Origin: Hormoscilla sp.
GTDB taxonomy: Bacteria; Cyanobacteriota; Cyanobacteriia; Cyanobacteriales; Desertifilaceae
Assembly: GCA_051439505.1 (NCBI GenBank)
Contig: JBFRWI010000043.1
Coordinates: 1-48,260, forward strand
Direction of reading: 5' to 3'
DNA: 48,260 nucleotides
Each line of letters starts with the position of its first letter. Position 1 is the first letter of the stretch. Of the stretch, positions 1 to 8,969 are shown one piece after another. Position numbers and translations under genes: made by a program. Below the pieces are notes generated by a model that saw nothing but the letters and a program-made list of their open reading frames with translations, was not told where the DNA came from and searched no databases.

Positions 1-2
1 AC

Positions 3-383
3 CGCCTCACCCCTTAGTCCCGAGTTCAAACGCGCTGCCATGATCCCATCGGAAAAAGCCCTCGCGAAGCCATCGCCATCCAGATCCAGAAGATTTTCAA
101 TCCCCTCAATGTCGGAATTATTAGCAATTGTGATATTGAAAGTATTCTGGGTGCCACCCGTCGCCGGCATCCCCGTCAACAGGTCTACACCTGGTATTTC
201 CTCCATCACATCGGGACTATCCTCTAGCAGCACCAGATCTGGCAGACTTCCCACTCCGGGCGATCGCCCTTCCAGACTTTGGGGTACTATAGTATCTCCG
301 GCAATGCCCAACATTCCCAACAGAGTCTCATCTAGCAGTTCTAGCGGGCCTGTAGACAGAAATGATTCGGGATTTTCGATCAT
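3..383 (-). CDS. N-terminal part of an acidic, probably calcium-binding surface/secreted protein (runs off the window edge)
   Basis: Not in ORF track. My translation from ATG at 383 (AGGAGG upstream) reads MIENPESFLSTGPLELLDE...LLDLDGDGFARAFSDGIMAARLNSGLRGEA with no stop. The DxDGDG..DG..R..G.RG motif resembles dockerin-like repeats of large cyanobacterial surface proteins. Confidence 0.65.
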   Translation of the reverse strand, partial: MIENPESFLSTGPLELLDETLLGMLGIAGDTIVPQSLEGRSPGVGSLPDLVLLEDSPDVMEEIPGVDLLTGMPATGGTQNTFNITIANNSDIEGIENLLDLDGDGFARAFSDGIMAARLNSGLRGEA

Positions 384-397
384 TATATCCTCCTCTA

Positions 398-423
398 GGT
401 TCGTAGTAAGCGCTTTAGCGCTT
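398..423. repeat. GTAG-type REP-like palindrome GGTTCGTAGTAAGCGCTTTAGCGCTT; related copies at 25345-25370 (reverse) and 33654-33678
   Basis: Three dispersed copies share GTTCGTAGTAAG plus a hairpin with compensatory stem changes (AAGCGC/GCGCTT, AAGCAC/GTGCTT, AAGGAC/GTCCTT). Confidence 0.75.
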
Positions 424-599
424 GCACCGGTAGGCTGTGGGTTTTTCGGTAAACTCGGTGCCACCGCCACAAAGTGTGATTAAACTCATCCTACCCACCA
501 TCTGTCCGACCCATCCCACTACTGTTATAAAACTTAAGATTTTGTCATATTTTTCGTAACAATGTTACATTCTAGTTACGAAACCCGGTACTGCTGTTA

Positions 600-760
600 T
601 ACCATTTTGATTCAATAATGCTACAATTATTGCGCGAAAATCTTCTCGCTTCGCACCTCACCCGCCGGGGGTTCAAACCCCCGGCTAATAGCTAAAGTCG
701 GTTAAAACCGACTAAGAGAATAATGCTTAAGATGTGTAGCATTGTTTTGACAAAATGCTA
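600..760. mobile_element. MITE-like element with imperfect 26 bp terminal inverted repeats and an internal double-hairpin core
   Basis: Left end TACCATTTTGATTCAATAATGCTACA; right end TGTAGCATTGTTTTGACAAAATGCTA. Core CCCGCCGGGGGTTCAAACCCCCGGCTAATAGCTAAAGTCGGTTAAAACCGACT recurs at about 4606-4660, 4871-4926 (reverse) and 44507-44562. Confidence 0.7.
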
Positions 761-852
761 TTAGAGAGGCGACCTCTCACCGAACCACTGGGACTCCCAG
801 AACGCCGGTGCGATCGCGCATTGGTTGAGTCGCGAGGGCGATCGCGCTATTG

Positions 853-920
853 CCAGAAACCGGGTTTCTTTTACTAAATCTGGTTGAGAAGCCAAAATTA
901 TCGCAGAAACCCGGTTTCTT
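853..920. repeat. AGAAACCGGGTTTCT / AGAAACCCGGTTTCT paired palindromic repeat family
   Basis: Paired palindromes here, at about 14529-14595 and at about 25278-25312. Confidence 0.8.
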
Positions 921-1046
921 GGTCTTGGCGTCAGGGGGGCGATCGCGTGCCCTGCCGAGTGACCGGCGATCGGGTAGATCCGGAGTCTTTTTTGGCTTTG
1001 ATGCTCCTGAAGGAACCAGTTATCACCGGTGGCTTTGTAAAGTTTT

Positions 1047-1060
1047 GTAACGATTGTTAC
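1047..1060. promoter_or_regulatory. NtcA-binding site upstream of pirA
   Basis: GTAACGATTGTTAC matches GTA-N8-TAC. A TAN3T (TATCTT) lies at 1080-1085. Confidence 0.7.
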
Positions 1061-1130
1061 CGTTTTTCCCAGAAAGGGCTATCTTAGAAGTATGAGCGGT
1101 AATTGAATTTCGTATAAAAAAAGGTCCACC

Positions 1131-1283
1131 ATGAACATGAATCGTCAAACTCGGCAAAAACTAGCCCAAGTCCATCGGGACAACCTGCAAAAGAACTTAC
1201 AGCACCGGTTAGAAGTGGCCAGATCCAAAGGAGATGAAAACTTGATTCGGATGCTAGAGGCGGAAGCAAACTACTCCAAGTAG
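1131..1283 (+). CDS. pirA: PII-interacting regulator of arginine synthesis PirA (50 aa)
   Basis: Not in ORF track. Translation MNMNRQTRQKLAQVHRDNLQKNLQHRLEVARSKGDENLIRMLEAEANYSK carries the H..N....L.HRLEVARSKGDENLIR.LEAE signature. NtcA site upstream. Confidence 0.88.
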   Translation: MNMNRQTRQKLAQVHRDNLQKNLQHRLEVARSKGDENLIRMLEAEANYSK

Positions 1284-1411
1284 AAGCATCGGCTCATGTT
1301 ACCGGGTAGTGATTTAACATACGTAGATCTTAGTGCTATTACTGACTCCCAACCCGGTTTCGATCTCATTCTCTAGTCGTGTCAGCCAGTATCAATAGAT
1401 TTAATTAGTAC

Positions 1412-1445
1412 AGAGCCCACCCGATCGCTTCTCGGGTGGGCTTTT
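1412..1445. terminator. Intrinsic terminator hairpin between convergent pirA and gcvH
   Basis: AGAGCCCACCCGA-tcgcttc-TCGGGTGGGCTTTT. Confidence 0.7.
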
Positions 1446-1526
1446 GGCGCGATCGCACCCCATCCGGTGAACCTGTCCCTTACTCACATATTTCTTGACA
1501 TTTCCCCGGCCAATAAGGACAAAACC

Positions 1527-1922
1527 CTACTCTCCGGAGACCTTTTCGCGATATTTAGCTGCTGCCATCAGGTCGTCATCTTCCCATTCACCGGGGTTCT
1601 TAAGCTGCACCTTCATCAACCAGCCTTCGCCGTAGGGGTCTTGGTTCAGTTTTTCTGGAGCCTCTTCAATCTCTGTATTGCATTCTAGAACTGTACCAGT
1701 AACCGGCGAGTAGAGGTCTTCCGCTGCCTTCACTGATTCAACATTTCCAAAGGTTTCCCCTTTCTCTACGGCCTCCCCTACCTCTGGTAACTCCACAAAT
1801 ACAATCTCCCCTAGCTGGTCAACGGCAAAAGCGCTGATGCCGATCGTCCCTATCTCGCCTTCGATCCGGACATACTCGTGGCTTTCCAGGTATTTCAGGT
1901 CCTCAGGATATTCTAAGTCCAT
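1527..1922 (-). CDS. gcvH: Glycine cleavage system H protein
   Basis: [24 protein letters not shown], lipoyl-lysine motif VESVKAA, and [10 protein letters not shown]. Start set at MDLEYP (1922). Confidence 0.96.
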   Translation of the reverse strand: MDLEYPEDLKYLESHEYVRIEGEIGTIGISAFAVDQLGEIVFVELPEVGEAVEKGETFGNVESVKAAEDLYSPVTGTVLECNTEIEEAPEKLNQDPYGEGWLMKVQLKNPGEWEDDDLMAAAKYREKVSGE

Positions 1923-2022
1923 TTCCAGTTCTCCCACTTGCAACAAAGCTAACTTACAGACAGCCATAAGTTTACAACTTCCCGGGTGCTGCGCGTTGCC
2001 ATTTGCTCGTGACTTACGCAGA

Positions 2023-2110
2023 AACTGGGTTAGACTCGCAGATGGTGGGCGGTGCCCACCCTACTCAACTGGGTTAGACTCGCAGATGGTGGGCGGTGCC
2101 CACCCTACTC
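2023..2110. repeat. Exact 44 bp tandem duplication containing REP GGTGGGCGGTGCCCACCCTAC
   Basis: AACTGGGTTAGACTCGCAGATGGTGGGCGGTGCCCACCCTACTC occurs twice. Same REP family at 36684-36905 and 43603-43623. Confidence 0.85.
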
Positions 2111-2180
2111 AGGCAAGGGCTTCGGAGCCGCACCCGACCCTGTTTCCCATGAGAGTTTACGTTAGTACCACGCTCGAAGA

Positions 2181-3302
2181 TCAACGGCTTTTTGCCTTGT
2201 AAAAAGGTTTTTTGACCACTATAGCTGGATGTGCTTTGCCGCGAATTTCTACGAACAGTTCGGTACCGACCTTTGCTAGCTGCCTGGGAACGTATGCTAA
2301 GGCGATCGGTTTGCCCAAGGTAGGTGACAGGGTGCCACTGGTGACAACTCCTACAGCTTGACCCTCAGATAGCACCGGGTAGTCGTGACGGGCAATGTGA
2401 CGCCCTTGCATTTGCAGTCCCACTAGGCGTCGGGACGTGCCGTTTGCCTTTTGCTGTTCTAGGACTTTGCGCCCGATAAAGTCGCCTTTGCTATCTAGGT
2501 GGACTAACCAGCTTAAACCAGCTTCCAGGGGGGTGGTAGTCTCGTCAATATCTTGGCCGTAGAGGGCCATCGCTGCTTCTAGGCGCAGGGTATCTCTGGC
2601 CCCCAGACCGCAAGGAGTGACGCCAGCATCTAAAAGAGTACGCCAAAGTTGCTCCCCAACTGCTGGATCTACCATTACCTCAAAGCCATCTTCCCCAGTG
2701 TATCCGGTACGAGCCAGAAAAGCTGGCTGGCCCAGCACTAATGCTTCTAGATGGCCGAAGCGCCCCACTTTCGATAATTCAGCTTCTACCAATGGCTGTA
2801 GATAGTTTACTGCTGCCGGACCTTGCACTGCAATCAGGGCTTTATCTGCCGAGAGGTCTTGTAATTGTGCCTGGTTGGAGTCAAGATGTGCTTGCAACCA
2901 GTCAAAATCCTTGACTTTGGTCCCAGCATTAACAATTATCATGCCCCGTTGCTCGTCGGTAGCCTCCTGACCTTGGTAATAAAAAATGATGTCGTCCAAA
3001 ATGCCAGCTTCCGGATTGAGCAGTACCGTATACTGAGCTTCACCTGGTTGCAGTCGTCCCAAGTCAGAAGGCACCAGCTGTTGCAGTTGCTCAACTGCCT
3101 GCTTACCTAGCACGGCAAATTTGCCCATGTGGGAGATATCAAACATGCCGCAGTTGCTGCGCACTGCTTCGTGTTCCGCACGAATGCCTGTAAACTGTAC
3201 TGGCATTTCCCAGCCTGCAAATTCTGTCATCCGGGCTTTGAGTTCTTGACAAACTGCATATAGGGGCGATCGGGCTAGTTCTGTTTGGGACTGATGAGCC
3301 AT
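2181..3302 (-). CDS. gcvT: Glycine cleavage system aminomethyltransferase T
   Basis: FAGWEMPVQF, FDISHMG, RTGYTGEDGFE and GLGARDTLRLEA. GAGGAG RBS before the ATG at 3302. Confidence 0.97.
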   Translation of the reverse strand: MAHQSQTELARSPLYAVCQELKARMTEFAGWEMPVQFTGIRAEHEAVRSNCGMFDISHMGKFAVLGKQAVEQLQQLVPSDLGRLQPGEAQYTVLLNPEAGILDDIIFYYQGQEATDEQRGMIIVNAGTKVKDFDWLQAHLDSNQAQLQDLSADKALIAVQGPAAVNYLQPLVEAELSKVGRFGHLEALVLGQPAFLARTGYTGEDGFEVMVDPAVGEQLWRTLLDAGVTPCGLGARDTLRLEAAMALYGQDIDETTTPLEAGLSWLVHLDSKGDFIGRKVLEQQKANGTSRRLVGLQMQGRHIARHDYPVLSEGQAVGVVTSGTLSPTLGKPIALAYVPRQLAKVGTELFVEIRGKAHPAIVVKKPFYKAKSR

Positions 3303-3356
3303 ATTTCTCCTCAATGTCTAATCTATCTCATCTTACCACCGAATAATGCTATTGAG

Positions 3357-4562
3357 CTACCTAGAAGATAATTTCTGCTTTAGCACTACCAATGTGATAT
3401 CATCATAAACTTTTTGTTGGCCTATATGCTGCCGCAGGTCTGTAATTATCGCCTGTCTCATTTCTGCCGCTGATAGTTGCCAATTCAAGCTTACCACCTT
3501 TGTTAGTCTTTCTAATCCGTATTGTTTTTTTTGTTGATTTTCCGCTTCCGTAATGCCATCGGTGTATAATACTACCCCATCACCTGGGTTTAACTTTACT
3601 TCGGTTTTTGCCAGTAAATATACTATATCATCTTCTAGTCCGATGGGAAAGCCTAAATCTAGGGTATCTATTAACTCGACTCGGCCCCCCGATCGCACGA
3701 CAATTATTTCTTCATGCTGTCCGCTCAAAGTCAAAACTCCATCCTGATAATCTAGCAAGACGAGAGTCAAATTTTTATCAGAATTCATCCGTTCGACATT
3801 TTTGTAAATTGTCCGGTTGAGGGCATCTAAAAATCTCACGGGATCTGTTTCGTTACTTTCCAATAATGTTCTGACTGCCGTTTGCACCATCAGCATTAAG
3901 ATGCCGCTTTCTAACCCATGTCCCGTGACATCGCCAATGCCTATTTTAACTCTACCATCATCCTGTTGCAGTACGTCATAGTAGTCGCCCCCCACCTCAT
4001 CAGCTGGTTCCATAAAACCTGCTATTTCTAAATCTTTAATTTTATTTAGTTCGCTATCCCGTGGCAAGATAATTTCTTGCAAGCGGCGCGTCACCTCTAG
4101 TTCCGCACTCATGCGCAGATTTTCCGCTTGCAACTGTTCATTCAGGCGAGTAATTTCTGCTTGCATCTGTCGCAGGCGCAATTGATTTTTTACTCTGGCT
4201 AAAACTTCTTCCAAATGAAATGGTTTGGTGATATAGTCAACGCCGCCGACTTCAAAAGCTTTCACTTTATCGAGAATTTCATCTAAAGCACTGATAAAGA
4301 TAACTGGAACGTCGCGAGTTCGTTCGTCCGCTTTCAACTGTTCGCAAACTTCATAGCCATTCATTTCTGGCATCATGATGTCTAGCAATATTAAGTCCGG
4401 GGCGATCGTCCGCGCCCCGGAGAGTGCCAACTTGCCATTGGGGACCGGGCGTACCTTGTATCCCTGTTTGCTCAACATTCCCATTAACAGGCGTAAGTTA
4501 GCGGGTTCGTCATCAACCACTAATATATTTCCTTTAGGTGCCTTTGCTTGCTCATTATTCAT
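3357..4562 (-). CDS. Response regulator receiver-SpoIIE/PP2C phosphatase (RsbU-like)
   Basis: N-terminal REC (ILVVDDEP, DLILLDIMMP, YITKPF); C-terminal VGGDYYD, GDVTGHG, YTDGITEA and DDITL. Start moved to 4562 because the longer ORF runs into a repeat. Confidence 0.92.
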   Translation of the reverse strand: MNNEQAKAPKGNILVVDDEPANLRLLMGMLSKQGYKVRPVPNGKLALSGARTIAPDLILLDIMMPEMNGYEVCEQLKADERTRDVPVIFISALDEILDKVKAFEVGGVDYITKPFHLEEVLARVKNQLRLRQMQAEITRLNEQLQAENLRMSAELEVTRRLQEIILPRDSELNKIKDLEIAGFMEPADEVGGDYYDVLQQDDGRVKIGIGDVTGHGLESGILMLMVQTAVRTLLESNETDPVRFLDALNRTIYKNVERMNSDKNLTLVLLDYQDGVLTLSGQHEEIIVVRSGGRVELIDTLDLGFPIGLEDDIVYLLAKTEVKLNPGDGVVLYTDGITEAENQQKKQYGLERLTKVVSLNWQLSAAEMRQAIITDLRQHIGQQKVYDDITLVVLKQKLSSR

Positions 4563-4566
4563 CTCA

Positions 4567-4973
4567 TACCATTTGTCAAAAATAATTTTCTCTCTTCGCA
4601 CTTCACCCGCCGGGGGTTCAAACCCCCGGCTAATAGCTAAAGTCGGTTAAAACCGACTAATAGAATAATGCTTAAGATGTGTAGCATTTTTTTTTGAAAA
4701 TTGTATTATACGCCGTTCAAACCCCCTCGTGTCCTGGCTCCCGCCAGGTAACTCGGTAGGAGTAGGTTTTAACTCAGATCTTGCACCATTCACAACTAGA
4801 GGCGGAGTCTCCATAAATCGTTCCCCGGCGGAGGCAGGAAACGAGGGTAAAACACTTTCTCGACAATGCTTTTAGTGGGTTAAAACCCACTTGAGCTATT
4901 AGCCGTGGGTTTTAACCCACGGCGGGCCCGGAGGCTAATCGACCAATTGTAGCATGGTTTTGACAAAATGGTA
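4567..4973. mobile_element. Cluster of nested MITE/REP elements
   Basis: Copy of the 600-760 element at about 4567-4705, an inverted core plus right TIR (TGTAGCATGGTTTTGACAAAATGGTA) ending at 4973, and the 80 bp repeat at 4770-4849. Confidence 0.7.
4770..4849 (+). repeat. 80 bp repeat, inverted partner of 7959-8038
   Basis: TAACTCAGATCTTGCACCATTCACAACTAGAGGC...CGTTCCCCGGCGGAGGCAGGAAACGAGGGTA aligns without gaps to the reverse complement of 7959-8038. Confidence 0.85.
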
Positions 4974-4985
4974 TGAATTATAATT

Positions 4986-7547
4986 TTAGATCTCTTCGGG
5001 CAGCAGATTCAAAATTTTATCGTACTCAAAATTATCAATAGCATCAGCCAGGGCCTGAGCTAGGGCGGGATTATGTTTGCTAATTTGGGAACTCAGACTG
5101 TCAATTAAGTCTAAGTCTACATTAACTAGGGCCTGTTTGAGCTTGGCAAGCAATTCCGGAGGTAGGGCCGCAAAAGCAGCAGTGGTGAGTTGTGCGGCAT
5201 CTGCTGTGGCCTCTGACTTGGCCTCATTTGGGTCGGCATAAACATAGCGCACCCCGATATGCTTATGCATGGCGTCAAATATATCTGCTTCCCGAAAGGG
5301 TTTGCGCAAGAAATCATCGCATCCCGCAGAGATAATGACTGCCCGTTCTTCTTCTAATACACTAGCAGTTAAGGCGACGATCGCGGTAGCCTGACCTTTG
5401 GTGGTCTCTTTGATGTGCTTGGTGGCTTCGTACCCATTCATCACGGGCATGCGCATATCCATCCAGATCAGGTCCGGTTCCCAACTTCCCCAGATGTCGA
5501 TCGCCTCTTGACCGTTGTTGGCTTCTCGCAGTTCAAAACCCAGGGGGTTGAGTAGTTTAATTAGCAGTTGACGATTGTTCCATTTGTCATCTACAATCAG
5601 CAGTCGATAGCGGGGTTGGTCTGGTTCTAAGGCAATCACTCGATGAGTCGATCGGGGAGTTTCGATGTCGGCGGCATCAACTACAGTGGCTTGAATATCA
5701 AACCTAAATATCGTACCATGCCCCAGTTTACTGCTGACAGTTATGTTACCACCCATCAATTCTACAAATTTCCGACTAATGGGCAAGCCCAAACCGGTCC
5801 CTTCCTGGGAGGCTTTCCCGCTTTCCGTTTGCACGAAGGCTGTAAACAGGCTGTCTAGTTCTTCCGGGGCGATCCCCGGTCCCGTGTCTTCCACTTCAAA
5901 GGCGATCGGGCCTTGCCCATCGCCATTCGCGACGAGGGATTGACTATTAGCAATACCCATTCGCACTGACACTCCCCCTGACTCCGTAAACTTAATTGCA
6001 TTATTCAACAGATTAATCAATACTTGACGCAACTTCACCTTATCAGTGCGCACATATTGGGGGACTTCATCCGTGCGATCGAACAGCAACTGCAACCGCT
6101 GATCGTCAGCCTTAAACTGAAACATTTCTTCGAGATCATCCATCAGGCGATAGAGGTCAAAGTTGCTTTCATTGAGAGTAGTGCGTCCCGCCTCGATCTT
6201 GGACAAGTCTAACACGTTATTGATCAGGGTGAGTAAATGTTCGCCGCTACGACTAATGATGCCCAGATTTTCCTGGTTTTCCGGGCTGAGATTTTGGCTG
6301 CGAGTCATCAGTTGAGTAAAACCGAGGATCGCATTCATGGGAGTGCGGAGTTCGTGAGACATATTGGCCAGGAAGGCACTTTTGGTTTTATTTGCTGCTT
6401 CCGCCGCCTCTTTCGCATTGACCAGTTCCGCTTCTATTTTGGTGCGCTGGACTATTTCCTGTTCCAATTGTTGATTACTTTGGGATAACTCGTTTTTCCT
6501 CTCCTCGACTATTTTCTTACTCCGATTCACGTAAAATACGAACAGGAGAAATAAGATACTTAATAAAGTCATCGCCACCAGCTGCACGTAAAATTCCTGG
6601 CGATAACTTCCGATCGTCACATCTTGCTCGTGGGAGATGATATAAGCGACCAAATCTCCTTCCACATTGTCTATGGGGGCAAAAGTGACCACATAAGTTT
6701 CTGTACCTAGCGATCCGGAAACTGCAAATGCTTCCCCCTGATTCAACCGGTCGCTAATTTGGGGTTGCAACTGCTGATTGACTTGCGCCAGGATATCGGG
6801 AGCGATCGTTTGTTTTTTCGACTCTAAACTGCTTTTTTCGTAGAGATAATCGTCGCTAATATCGCTTTGGACGTAATTGCTTTGCTCGTCGGCAAATACT
6901 TTCGCCGAGACAACTGCCTTTTTGAGCATAAAGGTATGTACTCCGGAAAACAACTTATCCATTTCCAGGCGAATGGCCTGAAAGGATACGCTGGTTTCCA
7001 CGCTGCCAATGTGGCTTTTATCCCGAGCAAACAGAGGGAATACATATCTGAACCCGTTGTAAATTCTGCCTTCCTCAAACCCTTTGACAAATCTTTTTTC
7101 CTGATTTGTTAAATTCACGGAATATCTGACATCCGATAGGTTGTCGCCAAATTTTGGCGGGCGATGAAACCGTAAAAAACTGGTGCTATCGGGCAGGTGA
7201 AAGTGCAGTTGCTTGAGATTTTTCTTCCTCAGATTTTGATAGGTGGGGTTTAAGGCCGCAAACAGGCGATCGCGCTTCTGGGTTTGTGCTGTTGCATCTG
7301 CTTGATATGCCCCTGTAAATATATCGATAATTTCCGGTTGATTCACCACTTCGTCGTAGATGGTTTGGGAGACCAACTGGTAGGTCTCGACAATGACGCG
7401 ATAAGCGGTTTGCAGTTCGGCAACATGCTTGGATAATAATATCTCTTCTTTTGTCGCTTGGTTTTTGGACAAACCCAGTACCGTTACGGTCTCTAGCACG
7501 ATAAAGGCCAGCAGGTAATATTTGATTTTACTTAACAGTTGTTTCAT
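4986..7547 (-). CDS. Membrane-bound hybrid histidine kinase (periplasmic Cache-type sensor, HisKA, HATPase, REC)
   Basis: Two TM segments, LHFHLPD..SFLRFH.P sensor motif, [15 protein letters not shown]-box, NAIKFT, GTGLGL, and REC DLIWMDMRMP. Confidence 0.93.
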   Translation of the reverse strand: MKQLLSKIKYYLLAFIVLETVTVLGLSKNQATKEEILLSKHVAELQTAYRVIVETYQLVSQTIYDEVVNQPEIIDIFTGAYQADATAQTQKRDRLFAALNPTYQNLRKKNLKQLHFHLPDSTSFLRFHRPPKFGDNLSDVRYSVNLTNQEKRFVKGFEEGRIYNGFRYVFPLFARDKSHIGSVETSVSFQAIRLEMDKLFSGVHTFMLKKAVVSAKVFADEQSNYVQSDISDDYLYEKSSLESKKQTIAPDILAQVNQQLQPQISDRLNQGEAFAVSGSLGTETYVVTFAPIDNVEGDLVAYIISHEQDVTIGSYRQEFYVQLVAMTLLSILFLLFVFYVNRSKKIVEERKNELSQSNQQLEQEIVQRTKIEAELVNAKEAAEAANKTKSAFLANMSHELRTPMNAILGFTQLMTRSQNLSPENQENLGIISRSGEHLLTLINNVLDLSKIEAGRTTLNESNFDLYRLMDDLEEMFQFKADDQRLQLLFDRTDEVPQYVRTDKVKLRQVLINLLNNAIKFTESGGVSVRMGIANSQSLVANGDGQGPIAFEVEDTGPGIAPEELDSLFTAFVQTESGKASQEGTGLGLPISRKFVELMGGNITVSSKLGHGTIFRFDIQATVVDAADIETPRSTHRVIALEPDQPRYRLLIVDDKWNNRQLLIKLLNPLGFELREANNGQEAIDIWGSWEPDLIWMDMRMPVMNGYEATKHIKETTKGQATAIVALTASVLEEERAVIISAGCDDFLRKPFREADIFDAMHKHIGVRYVYADPNEAKSEATADAAQLTTAAFAALPPELLAKLKQALVNVDLDLIDSLSSQISKHNPALAQALADAIDNFEYDKILNLLPEEI

Positions 7548-7958
7548 TTATCTTGTCCTTAACGTAGGACAGGCGTCCCGCCTGTCAGGATGTTGTCAGG
7601 ATCGTCCCCGTGAGAGGTGATTTTGTCAACCCCTAATTTTTATTTTCTTTAATCTCCTCCCGTTTTGTCATCCCTCTTTTGACGTATTTGCAGGCGATCG
7701 CCCTTCAAAGCATCTTTTTTTTACTGTAGCAAAGCTTTAGGCTTTTGGCAAGGGTTTTCTCCCCTAAGAGTGAAATGTTAATAAAAGTTTACAAAAAACA
7801 GTTGCGAATATGCTAGGCTAGGAATTAAGGAGTGATTATATCTAGGAAGAGTAGGAAATAAAACTTATATTTTGGCTGGACTTGACGAGGAACGGCGAGG
7901 GCCCAAGGAGCGATCGCATAAAGTTGGCAGGGGATGGCAACTGCCAAGTTAAAATAAG

Positions 7959-8038
7959 TACCCTCGTTCCCTGGCTCCGCCGGGGAACGAGCTATGGAGG
8001 CGGAGCCTCTAGTTGCGAATGGTGTAAGATATGAGTTA
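7959..8038 (-). repeat. 80 bp repeat, inverted partner of 4770-4849
   Basis: TACCCTCGTTCCCTGGCTCCGCCGGGGAACG...TGGTGTAAGATATGAGTTA. Confidence 0.85.
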
Positions 8039-8080
8039 TAATGTATTGTGTAAAGTTAACTCAATAATGGTCTATGACAA

Positions 8081-8380
8081 ATGCACATTATTAGCTATCG
8101 ACGTTTAAGGGAATATGCTCGCAACCATAACGATTGCAACGACCCTTTGGATAACTGGTATAAAGTTGCTACCAAGGCTAATTGGTCAAATTTAATCGAG
8201 GTGCAATCCGTTTTTCCCACGGCGGAGGCTGTTGGTAATTTTACAGTCTTTAATATTAAGGGTAATCAATATCGCTTAATTGTTAGCATAGATTACCAAC
8301 GACAATTAATTTACATTAAATACGTTCTTACCCACGCGGAATACGACAAGGAGTATTGGAAAAATGACCCTTACTTTTAG
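8081..8380 (+). CDS. higB: HigB-family toxin (mRNA interferase)
   Basis: MHIIS...W...FPTAEAVGNFTVFNIKGNQYRLIVSIDY...VLTHAEYDK signature; toxin gene precedes antitoxin. Confidence 0.92.
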   Translation: MHIISYRRLREYARNHNDCNDPLDNWYKVATKANWSNLIEVQSVFPTAEAVGNFTVFNIKGNQYRLIVSIDYQRQLIYIKYVLTHAEYDKEYWKNDPYF

Positions 8381-8768
8381 CTCACAAAAATATAGCAATT
8401 TGTTGGTAAAATACCAGCCAAAGCCCATTAAAACTGAGGAAGAAAACGAACGAGCACTGGCAGTAGTAGAGGAGTTAATGCACGTGCATAATCGCACTCC
8501 AGAAGAAGAGGCTCTCTATGAGCTATTGATTGTTTTAATTGAAAAATTTGAGGGCGATTTTTATCGTCCTGGTTCCGCATCGACTCCTCATTCAATGTTA
8601 CTGTTTTTGATGGAACAGCAGCAGGTACAACCAGAAGATTTGGTGGAAGTTGTTGGTGACGAGGATATTGCCCTTGAGTTGGTTAATGGTGGGGGTGAGA
8701 TTAGCGACGAATTGGCTAAAGCTTTGGGAAAGTTTTTTAAGGTTGATTCTAGTTTGTTTGGGCGATAA
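8364..8768 (+). CDS. higA: HigA-family antitoxin (HTH)
   Basis: Overlaps higB; PKPIKTEEENERAL...LLIVLIEKFE and C-terminal HTH-like segment. Confidence 0.88.
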   Translation: MTLTFSSQKYSNLLVKYQPKPIKTEEENERALAVVEELMHVHNRTPEEEALYELLIVLIEKFEGDFYRPGSASTPHSMLLFLMEQQQVQPEDLVEVVGDEDIALELVNGGGEISDELAKALGKFFKVDSSLFGR

Positions 8769-8969
8769 TTAAGCAGACGATCGCTCCATGATGGCGGCGA
8801 TCGCCAATACTACTTTTATCCATTACTCATTCTCCCCTTATTGTTGAGCAAGTATATCGAAATTCCGTCGGTCACAATCTAAAAAACATTTGCGATAATT
8901 TGTTATTTTAGATGTTGATATAGCCATAAATAAGTTATAATAAAATAGACGAAGTTCAAGATATTAAAC

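Noticed and set aside
40..483. 147-aa plus-strand ORF
   Set aside because: Ser-rich antisense shadow of the minus-strand gene, which has an RBS and a recognisable motif.
556..568. Second NtcA site GTAACAATGTTAC
   Set aside because: Spacer is 7 nt, not 8. It may bind another factor, but that is unsupported.
1084..1269. 61-aa minus-strand ORF
   Set aside because: Antisense to pirA.
2023..2110. Possible mini-CRISPR array
   Set aside because: Two identical adjacent 44 bp units with no unique spacer, built on a REP; no cas genes.
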